A DNA stretch of 62,197 nucleotides, filler included, from a bacterium (lineage in GTDB: Bacteria; UBA9089; CG2-30-40-21; SBAY01): assembly GCA_040757115.1 (NCBI GenBank). It is 7 parts of 7 records of this genome, joined end to end, with 100 filler letters (N's around TTAATTAATTAA, not from the genome) between each part and the next. Parts side by side here need not be neighbours in the genome. Positions count along the whole stretch, not along the records: positions 1 to 8,984 come from JBFLYA010000152.1; positions 9,085 to 18,001 come from JBFLYA010000153.1; 5 more parts are not named here. The stretch is one strand, 5' to 3'. The translations under genes and the position numbers were made by a program. Each line of letters begins with the position of its first letter. The first letter of the stretch is position 1. Positions 1 to 12,200 of the stretch are shown in pieces. Below the pieces are notes generated by a model, which searched no databases, had not been told where the DNA came from, and saw only the letters and a program-made list of their open reading frames with translations.

Positions 1-2
1 AT

Positions 3-134
3 TCTGGAGTAAATGGGGTTGTGGAGTGGAATTGTCGGAATTCAGCTGGTGAAAAGGTTGCCAGTGAAATCTACATCTATTTCATCAGAGATGATAAAAG
101 TTCAAAAACAGGTAAATTGGGAGTGATGCGATAA
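3..134 (+). CDS. 3' end of a secreted protein with FlgD-Ig/T9SS-A-like C-terminal tail (partial)
   Basis: Manual translation SGVNGVVEWNCRNSAGEKVASEIYIYFIRDDKSSKTGKLGVMR* matches the tails of the proteins ending at 9294 and 39322. Confidence 0.75.
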   Translation, partial: SGVNGVVEWNCRNSAGEKVASEIYIYFIRDDKSSKTGKLGVMR

Positions 135-142
135 ATTTCGTT

Positions 143-349
143 GTAACTATTCAGCCACAGAGGCACAAAGACACAGAGATGTTTAAGATGAAAGATTTCA
201 ATGAGATAACCAGAGAAAATCCTCGGATGTGCGATAGAAGTATATAAGCAAATTCCTCTTGTTAAAAGATGGCATCAAAAGGTATATCTTATAAAATGCT
301 CTGTGTCTCTGTGTCTCTGTGGCAAATCTTCATACCTCTGAATAGTTAC
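143..349. mobile_element. MITE with IS66-like ends carrying an internally deleted GxxExxY gene
   Basis: TIR GTAACTATTCAG/CTGAATAGTTAC; perfect 8-bp TSD ATTTCGTT (135-142, 350-357); remnant MKDFNEIT..KILGCAIEVYK//LLKDGIKRYIL* at 188-294. Confidence 0.85.
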
Positions 350-382
350 ATTTCGTTTATCGTCTATCGTTTAAAACTATAA

Positions 383-643
383 GTAACTATTCAGCCACTG
401 ATTAACACGGATTAGCACGGATAAATACAAAGGTCAAAAGACAGAAGTCAGAGGCGGGTGTTCCCCGCTGGCGGGGGTTAGGGGTGGAAATTTCCTCCAC
501 TGGCAGAGAATCAAGAAGGATAGAAAATAAAAGTTAGAAGGAGAGAACCCTTCAGCCTTCAGCCTAATTACGGACACGGAAAACGGACACGATTTACGAA
601 TTTTCAGTGTTTCATCCGTATCCATCTGTGGCTGAATAGTTAC
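383..643. mobile_element. MITE with GTAACTATTCAGCCAC ends
   Basis: 16-bp perfect TIR; ACACGGAT-type arms; no TSD visible. Confidence 0.7.
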
Positions 644-799
644 GATTTGGTTTATAATTCTTCGTGTCCTTCGTGGTTTTAAAAGATGTGAGGAAGGTTA
701 ATCTAACCGCACAGGTGGAAAATTTTTATGATTTTGTCCTAATCGAGCAGATTTTCGATACTAATTTTTGGATTTTTTTCAAAAGAGCCGAATTTTTTG

Positions 800-829
800 T
801 TGACACAAGGATAAAATTTGTGGTAAAAT
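800..829 (+). promoter_or_regulatory. sigma70-type promoter
   Basis: TTGACA-N18-TAAAAT with TG extension upstream of gspK. Confidence 0.5.
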
Positions 830-838
830 ATCCTCACA

Positions 839-1924
839 ATGGGCACAAATGGCTATAATACCCAAAACACTCAAAAAGCAATTTCCTATCAGTTAAAAGG
901 TGCAGTACTGATTGTTACTCTCTGGATATTAGCTATCTTAACCCTATTGGCTATCTCTTTTGCACATCGAATGAGGGTAGAGGTAAAATTGACCAGATTT
1001 CAGGTCGATTCATTAAGGGCATTATATTTAGCTAAAGCAGGGATTAATCATGCTATGGCAGAATTGAAAAAGGATGCTAATGAATACGACAGCCTTAATG
1101 AAGAGTGGAATCTAAAAAAAGAGGTGGGATTAGGAAAAGGAAGGTTTATCTGTCAGATAAGTGATGAGGAACGGAAGATTAATCTGAATTGTGGCACCAG
1201 AACTGTTCTGGAGAAATTGCGCGGGTTGAATGTGAATGAGGGAATAGTCTCCTGCTTGATTGACTGGCGTGATGTAGATGATAAGGAAGAATACTGTGGA
1301 GCGGAGGATAAGTATTATCAAAGTATTGGTAAGAGCTACCACTGTAAAAATAACCCTTTTCAATCAATAGAAGAATTACTCTTAGTCAGAGAGGTCACTT
1401 CAGAAATACTTTATGGTGAGGATATGAATAATAATGGCATTTTAGATCCTAATGAGAACGATGGAGATGCCTCTTTTCCTAATGATGATATGGATGGAGA
1501 GTTGGATTTTGGAATCAGTAGATATGTTACCGTCTACTCTACCGGTATGGTTAATTTTAACACCGCTGAGGTAGAAGTATTAGAATGTCTACCATTCCTG
1601 GATAAAGAATTAGCTCAGGGAATTGTGGATTATCGGGATCAAAGGGAGTGGAAATATGATGAGAATGAGTGTCCTTTCCCAAATTTTAAGGCACTAATGA
1701 ATGTCGATGAGGTAAAGAATAAATATGACATCTATAAAGATAAAGATACACCTGAAGGTAAAAAAATGCAGGAAGAATATAAACAGTTGGAGCAAGATTA
1801 TTTTACTCCAAAATCTCGTAATTTTAAAATTACAGCTACTGGTATAGTAGATAAAGTGATAAGAAGGGTTACTGTAATTTTCGATAGGGAAACTGAGAAG
1901 ATGAAGTATTATCGGGAAGATTAA
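839..1924 (+). CDS. gspK: type II secretion minor pseudopilin GspK
   Basis: KG|AVLIVTLWILAIL prepilin-like N-terminus; DEERKINLN, IDWRDxD, PFQSIEELLLV and VNFNTA motifs. Confidence 0.88.
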   Translation: MGTNGYNTQNTQKAISYQLKGAVLIVTLWILAILTLLAISFAHRMRVEVKLTRFQVDSLRALYLAKAGINHAMAELKKDANEYDSLNEEWNLKKEVGLGKGRFICQISDEERKINLNCGTRTVLEKLRGLNVNEGIVSCLIDWRDVDDKEEYCGAEDKYYQSIGKSYHCKNNPFQSIEELLLVREVTSEILYGEDMNNNGILDPNENDGDASFPNDDMDGELDFGISRYVTVYSTGMVNFNTAEVEVLECLPFLDKELAQGIVDYRDQREWKYDENECPFPNFKALMNVDEVKNKYDIYKDKDTPEGKKMQEEYKQLEQDYFTPKSRNFKITATGIVDKVIRRVTVIFDRETEKMKYYRED

Positions 1925-2049
1925 GGACGCTATTTTAGAGAAGGCTTAGATGTACAGAGAAGTTTCTTTTTCCCATTTGACAAATTATTTAGTGTCTATG
2001 CTACACTATAACTACACAAAAATTACTTTTACGAGGAGGTTGAGGTAAG

Positions 2050-2958
2050 ATGAGTAAAAAAGCATTAAGTGGTTTGATGATCGGGTTAATAGTAGGAGCT
2101 TTTACTTGGGTTTATGCTATGGAAGAAGAGCCTAAAGAGATTGTAAGGGAAGAAGTAGATAAAAGCACTCCCGCGCCAGAGCAGAAGGAAGAAGAGAAAA
2201 AAAGTCCTCTATGGGGTATAAGTGCAGAAAAGATAAAGGTGGAAAAAATTGTTCAGTTGACTACAGATGGAGGGGTTGAATCAATTCAATTTTCTCCTGA
2301 TGGTAAGAAGATTGTAATATCAGGTAGAGGTGAAACATGGATAATGGATGCTGATGGGAAGAATAAGGGGACACTCTCTAAGAATGCACTCCCTAATTGG
2401 ATTGGCAAGCAAGTATCCGGAAGTCCACTTTATTCTCTTTCCTCACCAGATGGAACTAAAATTATTGAACTGTCTCATGACAAGTCACATAAGTATTGGG
2501 AGGCTTCACCATATAGATTAGGGAAAATAAAGAATTTGACTACGGGTAAAGAAATTATATTCCCAACTAAAATGTATTCGAGTATGATTCAATGGTCGCC
2601 AGATGGACAAAAAATTTATTATAATGCCCCTGGTGCTTACAGTTATATCATTGATGTTAATGGGACTATTTTAACCCGTTTTTATCATGATGGAGAGTTT
2701 GTTTGGGCACCAGATAGTATTAAAGTTGCATATAGTGATATGGAGATTGAAGGAGACCTAGGAGATTTGGTGGGTTCGGAGATTTATGTGATGAATGCCA
2801 AAGGTACTGGTAAGATTCAATTAACTAAGACCCCTGGTAAGACGGGAATTGAGGTATCTCCTGTCTGGTCTCCTGATGCAAGTAAGATTTTATATAGACG
2901 AGAATATGATGGAAATTATTTTGTCTTAATATTAGGTGTTAAGGAGGTTGAAGAATAA
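2050..2958 (+). CDS. TolB-like/PD40 beta-propeller protein, exported
   Basis: Signal peptide; repeated [FW]SPDG motifs; GAGGAGG SD. Confidence 0.85.
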   Translation: MSKKALSGLMIGLIVGAFTWVYAMEEEPKEIVREEVDKSTPAPEQKEEEKKSPLWGISAEKIKVEKIVQLTTDGGVESIQFSPDGKKIVISGRGETWIMDADGKNKGTLSKNALPNWIGKQVSGSPLYSLSSPDGTKIIELSHDKSHKYWEASPYRLGKIKNLTTGKEIIFPTKMYSSMIQWSPDGQKIYYNAPGAYSYIIDVNGTILTRFYHDGEFVWAPDSIKVAYSDMEIEGDLGDLVGSEIYVMNAKGTGKIQLTKTPGKTGIEVSPVWSPDASKILYRREYDGNYFVLILGVKEVEE

Positions 2959-2960
2959 TA

Positions 2961-3611
2961 ATGACAAATCCAAAACTAAGGGTTATTTTTATAATAGGTT
3001 TTCTGCTTCTATTTAGTCCTCCATCATCTCTATTTGCTGGTCTTCTAACAGGCAAGAGATTTTGTATCGACCCTGGACATGGTGGGACGAAAGCAGATGT
3101 CCCTCAAGGGGTAAACTATAATTTAGGTGCAGGTGGCTATAATGGCTCTGCATGGCCTGATGAAAAGGATCTCGTTCTTGATTGTAGCAAATGCCTATGG
3201 CTCCTCTTGAAGGAAACAGATGCCACTGAAGTAAGATTGACAAGGATAGAAGATGTATATACCTCTTATCATAGAAGAGTTACAGTAGCCAATGGGACTC
3301 CAACTGGTACACCAGCAGTCGATATGTTTATCTCTGTCCATCACAATGGGGTTAGTAACACCGAGAGTAATTATACCCAGACAAATTATGACCCCTCTCC
3401 TGGTACATGTAGCACAAATGGTACTAAAAATCATGAGTTAGCTGTATATACGGTTAATGAGTTGGATTCTCTACTTCGCATAGGTAAGTACAAAAGTAAT
3501 GATGGAACATTAGCCCGAAAATGGGGTAAAAATGGGGTGTATGTTTTACATCATATCACAATGGTAGGTGAATTAACAGAGGCTTCATTCATTAGTTGCC
3601 GTACCGAATAG
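2961..3611 (+). CDS. N-acetylmuramoyl-L-alanine amidase (Amidase_3) domain ending at an in-frame TAG
   Basis: IDPGHGG, EKDLVL, SVHHN, LTEASF; frame stays open past TAG 3609-3611 into the next ORF. Confidence 0.85.
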   Translation: MTNPKLRVIFIIGFLLLFSPPSSLFAGLLTGKRFCIDPGHGGTKADVPQGVNYNLGAGGYNGSAWPDEKDLVLDCSKCLWLLLKETDATEVRLTRIEDVYTSYHRRVTVANGTPTGTPAVDMFISVHHNGVSNTESNYTQTNYDPSPGTCSTNGTKNHELAVYTVNELDSLLRIGKYKSNDGTLARKWGKNGVYVLHHITMVGELTEASFISCRTE

Positions 3612-3683
3612 AACAAATTAGTCACTTCTAACAATGAATTTATTGATTACAATGAGAATGACCATTGTGATCGTGAGGAGTAC

Positions 3684-6600
3684 ATGTCCTATGCTATTCT
3701 ACTTGGTATTTTAGATTATTATGACAAGTCTCATCCAGTAGTTCATACACCTGTAACTACAGCCAATGTAAATCAAGCAATAACTATTACGGCTGAAGTG
3801 ATAGACTTTGCTACAGTTACTTTATGCTATCGAACTTCACCCGGAGGGACCCACACATTTACAAAAGTGCCTATGGTTAAAGGGGCAGAGACTACGTGGT
3901 CAGCAACTATTCCAGCCTCAGCAGTAACCTTATCTGGAGTAGAATATTACATTGCAGTAACTGAGGAATATCTTCAGACTTCAGCTCCATATTTGATAAC
4001 CGTACTCTCTCCACAGGATGGAGCTACACTCAATACACCAAGACCAACCTTTGATTGGAGTGATTCACCCTATACCTCAAAATACACAATACAGGTAGCC
4101 ACATCCACTACCTTTACTAATCCTGTGATTAACGCTACTATTACAACTTCATCATATACTCCCAATCTTGACCTTTCTACTAATACAACCTACTACTGGA
4201 AGGTGTATACTTCTCATTCAGATAGAATTAGTACCTGGACTTTACCATGGAGTTTTATGATAGGTCCCCCTCCAACTTCTCCACCTACAATTGTAAGTAC
4301 AGCTCCAGTTGATGAAGCTCAAAATGTCCCAGTAGACACAAAAATCGTTGTCACCTTCAGTCTTCCTATGAATAAAGCTGATACAGTAGCGGCCTTCTCC
4401 ATTTCCCCTATGGATATCAGATTAATAAATCCAACTTGGAGTGATAATGATACTGTCGTAACTTTTGATTTAAGCGATAAATTAAAGATGAATACAACTT
4501 ATAGAGTAACAATTACTACTATAGCAAAAAGTGCAAATAACGTTTCGTTAGTACAGAATTATAATTGGACATTTACCACTATTCAGAGATGTTGGAGTGA
4601 GGATATAAGATTGACTAATACATCAGGTTACTCCCAATATCCTGCAATTGCTGTAGAGGATAAAAACGTCCATGTTGTCTGGATTGATAAGCGTACTGGA
4701 AGTTGGGAAATTTATTACAAGAAAAGTATGGATGGTGGAAATACGTGGGAAGCTGATGAAGAATTGACTAATTTCCCAGACACCCCTATGCCTGCGATTC
4801 CTCTTAGAGATCCTCGTATTGTTGTAGAGAATAATAATATTCATCTTGTCTGGAGTGAAGATAGAGATGGAAATTGGAAGACTGAAATTTATTATAAGAG
4901 AAGTACCGATGGTGGGAATACATGGGAACCTGAGAAAAAATTAACTAATACTCCAAAAGAATGTGAAGCCCCTACTATTGACATAGATAATGGAAATGTT
5001 CATATAATCTGGGAGGATGATCGAGATGGTGCTTCTCAACTTTATTATAGAAGAAGTACTGATAACGGATTCAGTTGGAACTCTGAGACACGATTGCCTA
5101 ATGTTAGCTATGGACATGATCCCGTGGTTATTGCAAAAGATAATGTTGTTCATGTGCTCTGGAATGATTTTTTCTATCCTAATCACGCAATTTGTTATAT
5201 GAAAAGTATTGACGGAGGACAGAGTTGGGGTTCTAGAGTAATGTTAGCCAGTTACAAAGGAGACATGTGGACACATGATATGGCTATAAATGGTAATAAT
5301 ATTCATGTGGTTTGGATACAAGACTATTTTATAGAATATCACCGGCAGTGGGCAATATATTATACAATGAGTACAGATGGTGGAAATAGTTGGAAAAATA
5401 ATGTAATCCTGAAAGATTCAGGAAATTATGACGACTCTGTCATAACAGATACATCTACAGGTGATATTTATCTAGCTTATAAAAGTTATGAGGATGAAGA
5501 AAGTTATATTTATTATATAAAAAGTATGGATAACGGAGTTACATGGGAAGATGCTATAAAGTTAAGTACTGGCTATTCACCTCAAATAATTTCAGATAAT
5601 AATGATGTACATATAGTTTGGGATGACAATCGTGAGGAAGATTGGGAAATCTATTATAAATCCTATACTTCAGGTTTTGATGTTCCTCCAATTACTCCAA
5701 CAGATTTAAATTTCGAAGCAGGATATGGAATTGTACGCTTAAGTTGGACGCCTAATCCAGAAACTGATATAGCTAAATACAATATCTATAGAGATGATAC
5801 CAAAATAGGAAGTGTTACTATTCCATTTTATCAGGATACCAATGTAGTCAGTGGCAAAACCTACATATACACTATAACTGCTGTAGACAATGCTGGTAAT
5901 GAAAGCAGCCCACAGCTTCCTAATACTCTGAATCCCCCACTTATAGTTCAGGTTCCATCACCTATTCCATTAACTGTTAATCCAGCTATTGATAGTACCC
6001 CCAGTTATTCACCGGATGAGTCTACAATAATCTTTTATACTGACCGTAATGGAACAGGGGATATTTATGGAATGAATTCTGATGGAAGTAATTTAATAGG
6101 TATTATGGAAGACTCATATAATAATTATTCTCCTGATTGTTCTCCTGGTGGAGATATGCTTGCTTTTGTCTCTAATAGAAGTGGGAATGATGACATCTGG
6201 GTATTGAAGAATTTAAATAAAGTTATACAAGGAAATTCACCTGAATTAGTTCCATTAGATGTGGGTGGACAGGGTTGTGATTCTCCAAAATGGTCACCTG
6301 ATGGTAAAATGATAGCTTTTAATCATACTACAGGAGAAAAGAAACATATTTTTGTAGTAACGAATGTCCAGGATATAATTTCAGGTGATGCTACTACTGC
6401 TATAGTAAAACAAGTGACCGATGAAATTGGTGATGATTCAAAACCAATGTGGTCACCTGATGGAGCTATGATTGCTTATACTTCCAAAAGAAATCTTAAT
6501 AATTCGGATGTCTATGTAGTTAAGAATGTGTTAGATGTTATCTACAATGCAGAACCTATTTTAGCTCAATTAACTAATGATTCATCAGAGGATATGGGAT

Positions 6601-8984
6601 GTGGATTTTCACCTGATGGAGAGAGATTTGCGTTAGCTTCAGAAAGAGGTAATAATGGAAAACTTAATACCTGGATAATTAATAATGTTCAAGAGGTAAT
6701 AACTGAAGGCCCACAGGTAGCAAGTATGTCTTATCTTTTTCCATCTCATGCAAATGAAACTGTTACCTGGTTTCCAGATGGGACTAAACTGTTAGTAACC
6801 TCAGACAAAGAAGGGAATTTAGATATCTATGTAGCGGATTATTTATCTGACAATTCAGCCTTTCCAGTAGCTAACATAACTTCACCTATTTCAAATCAAC
6901 AAGTAAGAGGAGAAGTAATAATCAAAGGCACAGCAGAGGATAATGTAAGTGTGGATGGCGGAACCATCCTGTCAAAGTTAGTTTCATATACCCTTGAGTA
7001 TGGAGAATGTCCGGCACCGGATAGTTGGGTAGAAATTATTACTTCTACTACCCCTGTGACCAATGGCACCTTAGCTGTCTGGGATACCAGCGGGCTTTTA
7101 GATGGGATTTATACCATAAGGTTAACGGCTACTGATGGGGAAGATAGTAATGTGGAGAGGGTAACTATTAAAATTGATAATGCACCTCCAATTATAACTA
7201 ACCCACAAGTTACACCAGATACTGTAAGTATAGGTGAACAAGTAAAATTTACTGCCCAAGTAACTGATGAATTTAGTGGAGTAAAATCTGTTACAATTAA
7301 CCTTACTCCTATTGATGGCTCAGCCAATCAACTGATGTTTGACGATGGAACATACGGGGATGAAATAGCCAATGATGGAGTTTATACTTATAAAACTACA
7401 ATACCAGACTCTGTCTCAGTTGGAATAAAGGATTTGGTTATCACTGCTGAGGATAATGTCTCTAATATCAATAAAGCAACTATTTCCCTACAGGTAATAA
7501 ATCCTAAGATAACATCAGTTAATCCTACCTCAGGCACTATTGGAACAGAGGTTACACTGAAAGGTGAAGGCTATCTTGCCACAGAAGAAGTCCGTATTGA
7601 CTTTGGCACTACACGGTCTATTGGGGTTGTGCAAATAAACCAGGCAGGTAGTTTTACGGCTACCTTTACTGTAGATACCCAACCAGGAGGTACCATTACT
7701 GTTACTGCGAGAGGTAAAGATTACACTGACTTCACCTGGTTTAAAATATTTGGTCGGATAACTTTGGTCAGTCCGCAGCAAGGCACAGTTGGGACACGGA
7801 TAGAGGTTATGGGTGATGGATTTGCTGCCAATGAGCGGATAGAGATAGACTTTGGGACTAACCCTACGATAACAGTAACCTCAAGTGATAATGCCGGCAG
7901 GTTCTGGACAGTATTTACTGCCGATACCCAGCCGGGATGTGGCACAATAACCGTCAGTGCCAGAGGTAAAGATTGTGTGGCATACAGCTGGTTCCGAATG
8001 ATTGGTCGGATAACTTTGGTCAGTCCCCAACAAGGCACCGTTGGCCCACGGATAGAGGTTATGGGTGATGGATTTGGTGCAAGTGAGCTGATATACATTG
8101 ACTTTGGGACTAACCCTACCATAGCAGTAACCTGGAGTGATAATGTCGGCAGGTTCTGGGCAGTATTTACAGCGGATACCCAGCCAGGATGTGGCACAAT
8201 CACCATTAGTGCCAAAGGCAAAGATTGTGTGGCATATAGCTGGTTCCGAATGATTGGTCGGATAACTTATGTAAGTCCCCAGCAAGGCACAGTTGGGACA
8301 CGGATAGAGGTTATGGGTGATGGCTTTGCAGCCAATGAGCGGATAGAGATAGATTTTGGGACTAATCCGACGATAGCAGTAGCCTCAAGTGATAATGCCG
8401 GCAGGTTCTGGGCAGTATTTACTGCCGATACCCAGCCAGGATGTGGCACAATAACCGTCAGTGCGAAAGGAAAAGATTGTGTGGCCTACAGCTGGTTCAG
8501 GATGCTGGGCAGGATAACCGCTGTCAGTCCACAGCAAGGCACTATTGGAACAGCAGTAACCGTTAGAGGTGATGGATTTGCGGCAAGTGAGTTAATCTAT
8601 ATCGACTTTGGGACTAACCCGACGATAGCGGTAATCTTAAGTGATGGACTGGGTCGGTTCACTGCTGTATTTACCGCAGACACCCAGCCAGGTTGTGGCA
8701 CAATAACCGTTAGTGCGAAGGGGAAGGATTGCGTGGCATACAGCTGGTTCAGGATGCTGGGTAGGATAACCGCTGTCAGTCCACAGCAGGGCACTATTGG
8801 AACAGCAGTAACCGTTAGAGGTGATGGATTTGCGGCAAGTGAGTTAATCTATATCGGCTTTGGGACCAATCCAACAATAACAACGACCATAAGTGATTAT
8901 CTTGGCAGATTCATCGCCGTATTTACCGCAGATACACAGCCAGGATGCGGGACAATAACCGTGAGTGCGAAAGGGAGAGATTGT
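3684..8984 (+). CDS. large modular surface protein (Ig-like, BNR/Asp-box propeller, FN3, PD40, Ig/IPT-like repeats); cut by contig end; probable continuation of the amidase
   Basis: S[MT]D[GN]GxxW Asp-boxes, AVDNAGNES, WSPDG repeats, MFDDGTYGDEIANDGVY, 84-aa repeats. Confidence 0.85.
7500..8984 (+). repeat. about six tandem 252-bp (84-aa) coding repeats
   Basis: GGTCGGATAACT at 7752, 8004 and 8256; DFGTNPTI..FTADTQPG unit. Confidence 0.9.
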
Positions 8985-9084
8985 NNNNNNNNNNNNNNNN
9001 NNNNNNNNNNNNNNNNNNNNNNNNNNNNTTAATTAATTAANNNNNNNNNNNNNNNNNNNNNNNNNNNNNNNNNNNNNNNNNNNN
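8985..9084. other. artificial contig linker (also 18002-18101, 26988-27087, 35901-36000, 44677-44776, 53443-53542)
   Basis: N44-TTAATTAATTAA-N44; contig sizes fall monotonically from 8984 to 8655. Confidence 0.98.
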
Positions 9085-9291
9085 TGGAGATTAAGGAGAT
9101 AGGGAGATATTATTAAAAAAATTGAAATTAGTAGAAACTAATAGAAATTTATGGAAATTTGTTGTTTCCCACAATCAATTTCTACCTATTTCTATAAATT
9201 TCAATCTATATCTTATCTCCATATCGCCCTTATCTCCTTATCCCCTTTCTTACACTTTGTCTCTGCGGTAAATTACCACCTGAACATTTAC
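9085..9291. mobile_element. partial copy of the ~240-bp MITE (same family as 25074-25312)
   Basis: Near-identical to the 25074 copy; ends CCTGAACATTTAC. Confidence 0.8.
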
Positions 9292-9293
9292 CG

Positions 9294-12200
9294 TTATTTA
9301 ATAATCCCCAGCTTGCCGATTGCCTTCTGTCCCTGCTCGTTCTTAATCAGGTAGATATAGACACCTGAGGCAACCTCGCGTGGATTTGTCCAGACCTCTT
9401 CATCTGTGCCATTGTTATGCTCTATCTCTTTGACTAATTCACCCACGATGTTGAATACCTTAATCGTGCATTGAGCGGTTAATCGCTTGAAATGTAATTG
9501 TTGTCCCCTTGAGGCATAGCAGGGGTTGGGATAGACGAACACCCCGGTTAAGTCGCTGGCAGCGGTTATCTTTGATTTGCCTGCGGGGGCAACAAAGGAC
9601 AGATGAGTGATTGTGCCATAGACGATATTTGCATCTGCATCTCTATTTGAGTCAACTACCAATTTCCAGAGATTACCATCTGATGATAGATACAACATCA
9701 GAGTTCTTTCATCTATATTCCCTAAAACCGTCTCGTCATAGTTAAACATTATCTGCACAGGAGTGGTTAAGGTGCCGGTAATTTCAGTGGCTGATGTGCC
9801 AAAGGCATTTATTTTCATTCCAATGCCAATATTCCCTGTCAGGCTTTGCAATATGGCAGAACTAACCGTTCCAATGGGTAAGAGATATACCTCTCTGGTA
9901 GAGGTGCCAAATCTTGCGGTTGCCGTTCCCCAGGTGGCGGTTAATGTGCCTGTCCAGATTCTTATCTCATCCACACATTCACCTACAACGATAGGTATTT
10001 GGGCAGTAGAAGTGCCATCAAAGGCGGTAATTGTGCCAATGCCTATTTGGGTGGCATAAAAGATGGTGCTTGTGCCAAAATGAGATGACAAAGTGCCTAT
10101 GTTGCCTGATAATGTCCAGGTAGCAAAGAGGGATTCTGTGCCTTTGGCAAAGCAGTAAAGGGAGGTTGTGCCAAAGATGGGGATTGCCCTTTTATCTGCC
10201 TCTATTCTAATCCCTTCAGGGATAAGAAGTATTTCACAATCAGGACTTTCTGGAATAGCCTCAAGATTTCCCACATTATCAGATGCCCTTGAGTAAAACC
10301 TATATCTATGATGATATTCCCCTGTATAGGTATAAGCACCGGTTGAAGTGGCAACATAAATCGTGGCATAAGGACTTTCATTATCTGAACAATAAATGGT
10401 ATAGTTTCTAATCCCAGAGCCATTTAGGTCATCACTACCTTGCCATTCAAGATTAAAGCTTGTAGAGGTAGAAATAGCTGGCAGAGGCTTTACATAGCTT
10501 GTTGGGATACCAGAATCAATGGTGTTAAAGACTTCTGGTGTATCCATTGGGTCATTTGTATCAAAGACAATGCTTGCTTTGTTTTTTATCTGTGTCCCTG
10601 ATGATAGGTTTGATTTAGGCTTAATGGTAAAACTTACCCATCCCTCTCCATTTGGTGGGTCTGAATTTGGAGGAAGAAGGTCTGTAAGCTCATTTGTCCC
10701 TAAAGTCCTTCCCTCAAGCTTTATTTGGATTGTTCCAGTTGCACTTAATGATGCTTGAATATTAAGTTTTACTGTATCTGTCTCTGGTGTTCCACCACTC
10801 CATGTTCCAACAGAAATTATTGTTGATGTTGAGATTTGTTGGCTATCCTCTGGTAGGTTAATTATCCTGTCTCCTATGCAGATGCTATTGAATACAAGGG
10901 TTGAGGTATCAAGATTAGGAGAAAGCTGGTCGGCAATCTTTATCTCTTGAGCATATGCCGTAGCAGTAGGAAGGGCATTTTCAAAGTAGACAAGATACTG
11001 AAATGTTTGTTCGGGAGAAACCCATTTGTTCTCACCAAAGCCTGAAGGACCAGCTTTGTCATTGGGGTCGTAGGAGATAACTACCTTTAATGATCGCTTA
11101 AATATCGCAGCCATTTTATCTGCATCCTCTATGAGGGCTTCTTCCAGAATCCTCCATAAATCAAAATTTCTACTTGGGGGCTGTATCCAAAAAGGCTTCT
11201 CTTCTTCCGGCCACCTCTTCGGAGAACCAGAAAAAAGTGTAAAAAATTCATATACCCATGACGGCGGATTAGTGCTAAATTCCCAAGTTTGTAGTCCGGC
11301 CTTCTTGTACATATCATTCGCAAACTCCACACAATTCTTAAAGGGACCAATTGGAGGACTTAAATATGGAAACCTCTCCCCGACCATGTTCCATGCCTCA
11401 AGAGCTATTTTCTCCCCGATATTAGGCGTCCAGTCAGGGGTATGAGCATGTCCCACATACCCTCCTTCCCCCTTTTTCCACTGCGCAAAAGGTGTAACCT
11501 TCACGAAGTCATCAGTATTGTGGTCGATTACAAATCCGTTGCCATTAGCATCCTCCACATAAATACCAACGTGACCCGTGCCGCCTGGTGGTGGAGACAA
11601 ACGGAAAACCATATCTCCACGCTGGGGCTCACTATTCGCCTGAAGTGACTTAAGAATCTGTAATTCAAGAAATTCCGACTCCAATCTATTTCTCGCTGGC
11701 GACTCTAATATACTCTGTTCCACCATAAAAATAGAGGCACTAATAGGTATATCAACCCTTTGTGTTGTTGTCAGTTTCAGAGGAAACTCATCTATGGAAC
11801 CAGCGGGAACATGTGTAATAATAAACCATAAGGAAATCTTCGAGCCACTGTCCAGAGCATCTTCTGGCTTAATTTGTTCCAACGTTGGCTCAGCCAATGG
11901 AACATTAACTTCGTAATTAACATTTCGAGGTTGACGGAGTAACAAAAGTACGCTATGTGCATCCAGATTCCCAGCATTACCATATCGAATCCAATAGGTT
12001 TGCTCTCTACCAACTTGTATCTGTTCCCTCCCTACAATCTCCACCCACAGCTTTGGCTCTCCTCCTTGCTCAATAGTAAATCCTCCTGGCAATACGAGAG
12101 TCCCCTCAAGGTTTTCTACCACAACATCCCATATCCCTGGCTCTTTATTTGTAAGGTCAAATGTTGTGGTAAGGCGATTAGGGGTATAAACTATAGATAT

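Noticed and set aside
3609-3611. Genome-wide TAG reassignment
   Set aside because: TAG ends several genes normally (23911, 24921, 34509, 37191, 48753)
8985-9084. TTAATTAATTAA palindromes inside N-runs
   Set aside because: Artificial contig spacers with stops in all frames; cross-linker gene neighbourhoods were not interpreted
9151-9354. Repeated small ORF MEICCFPQSISTYFYKFQ (also 25175-25384)
   Set aside because: Lies inside the 240-bp MITE; 3' ends differ between copies
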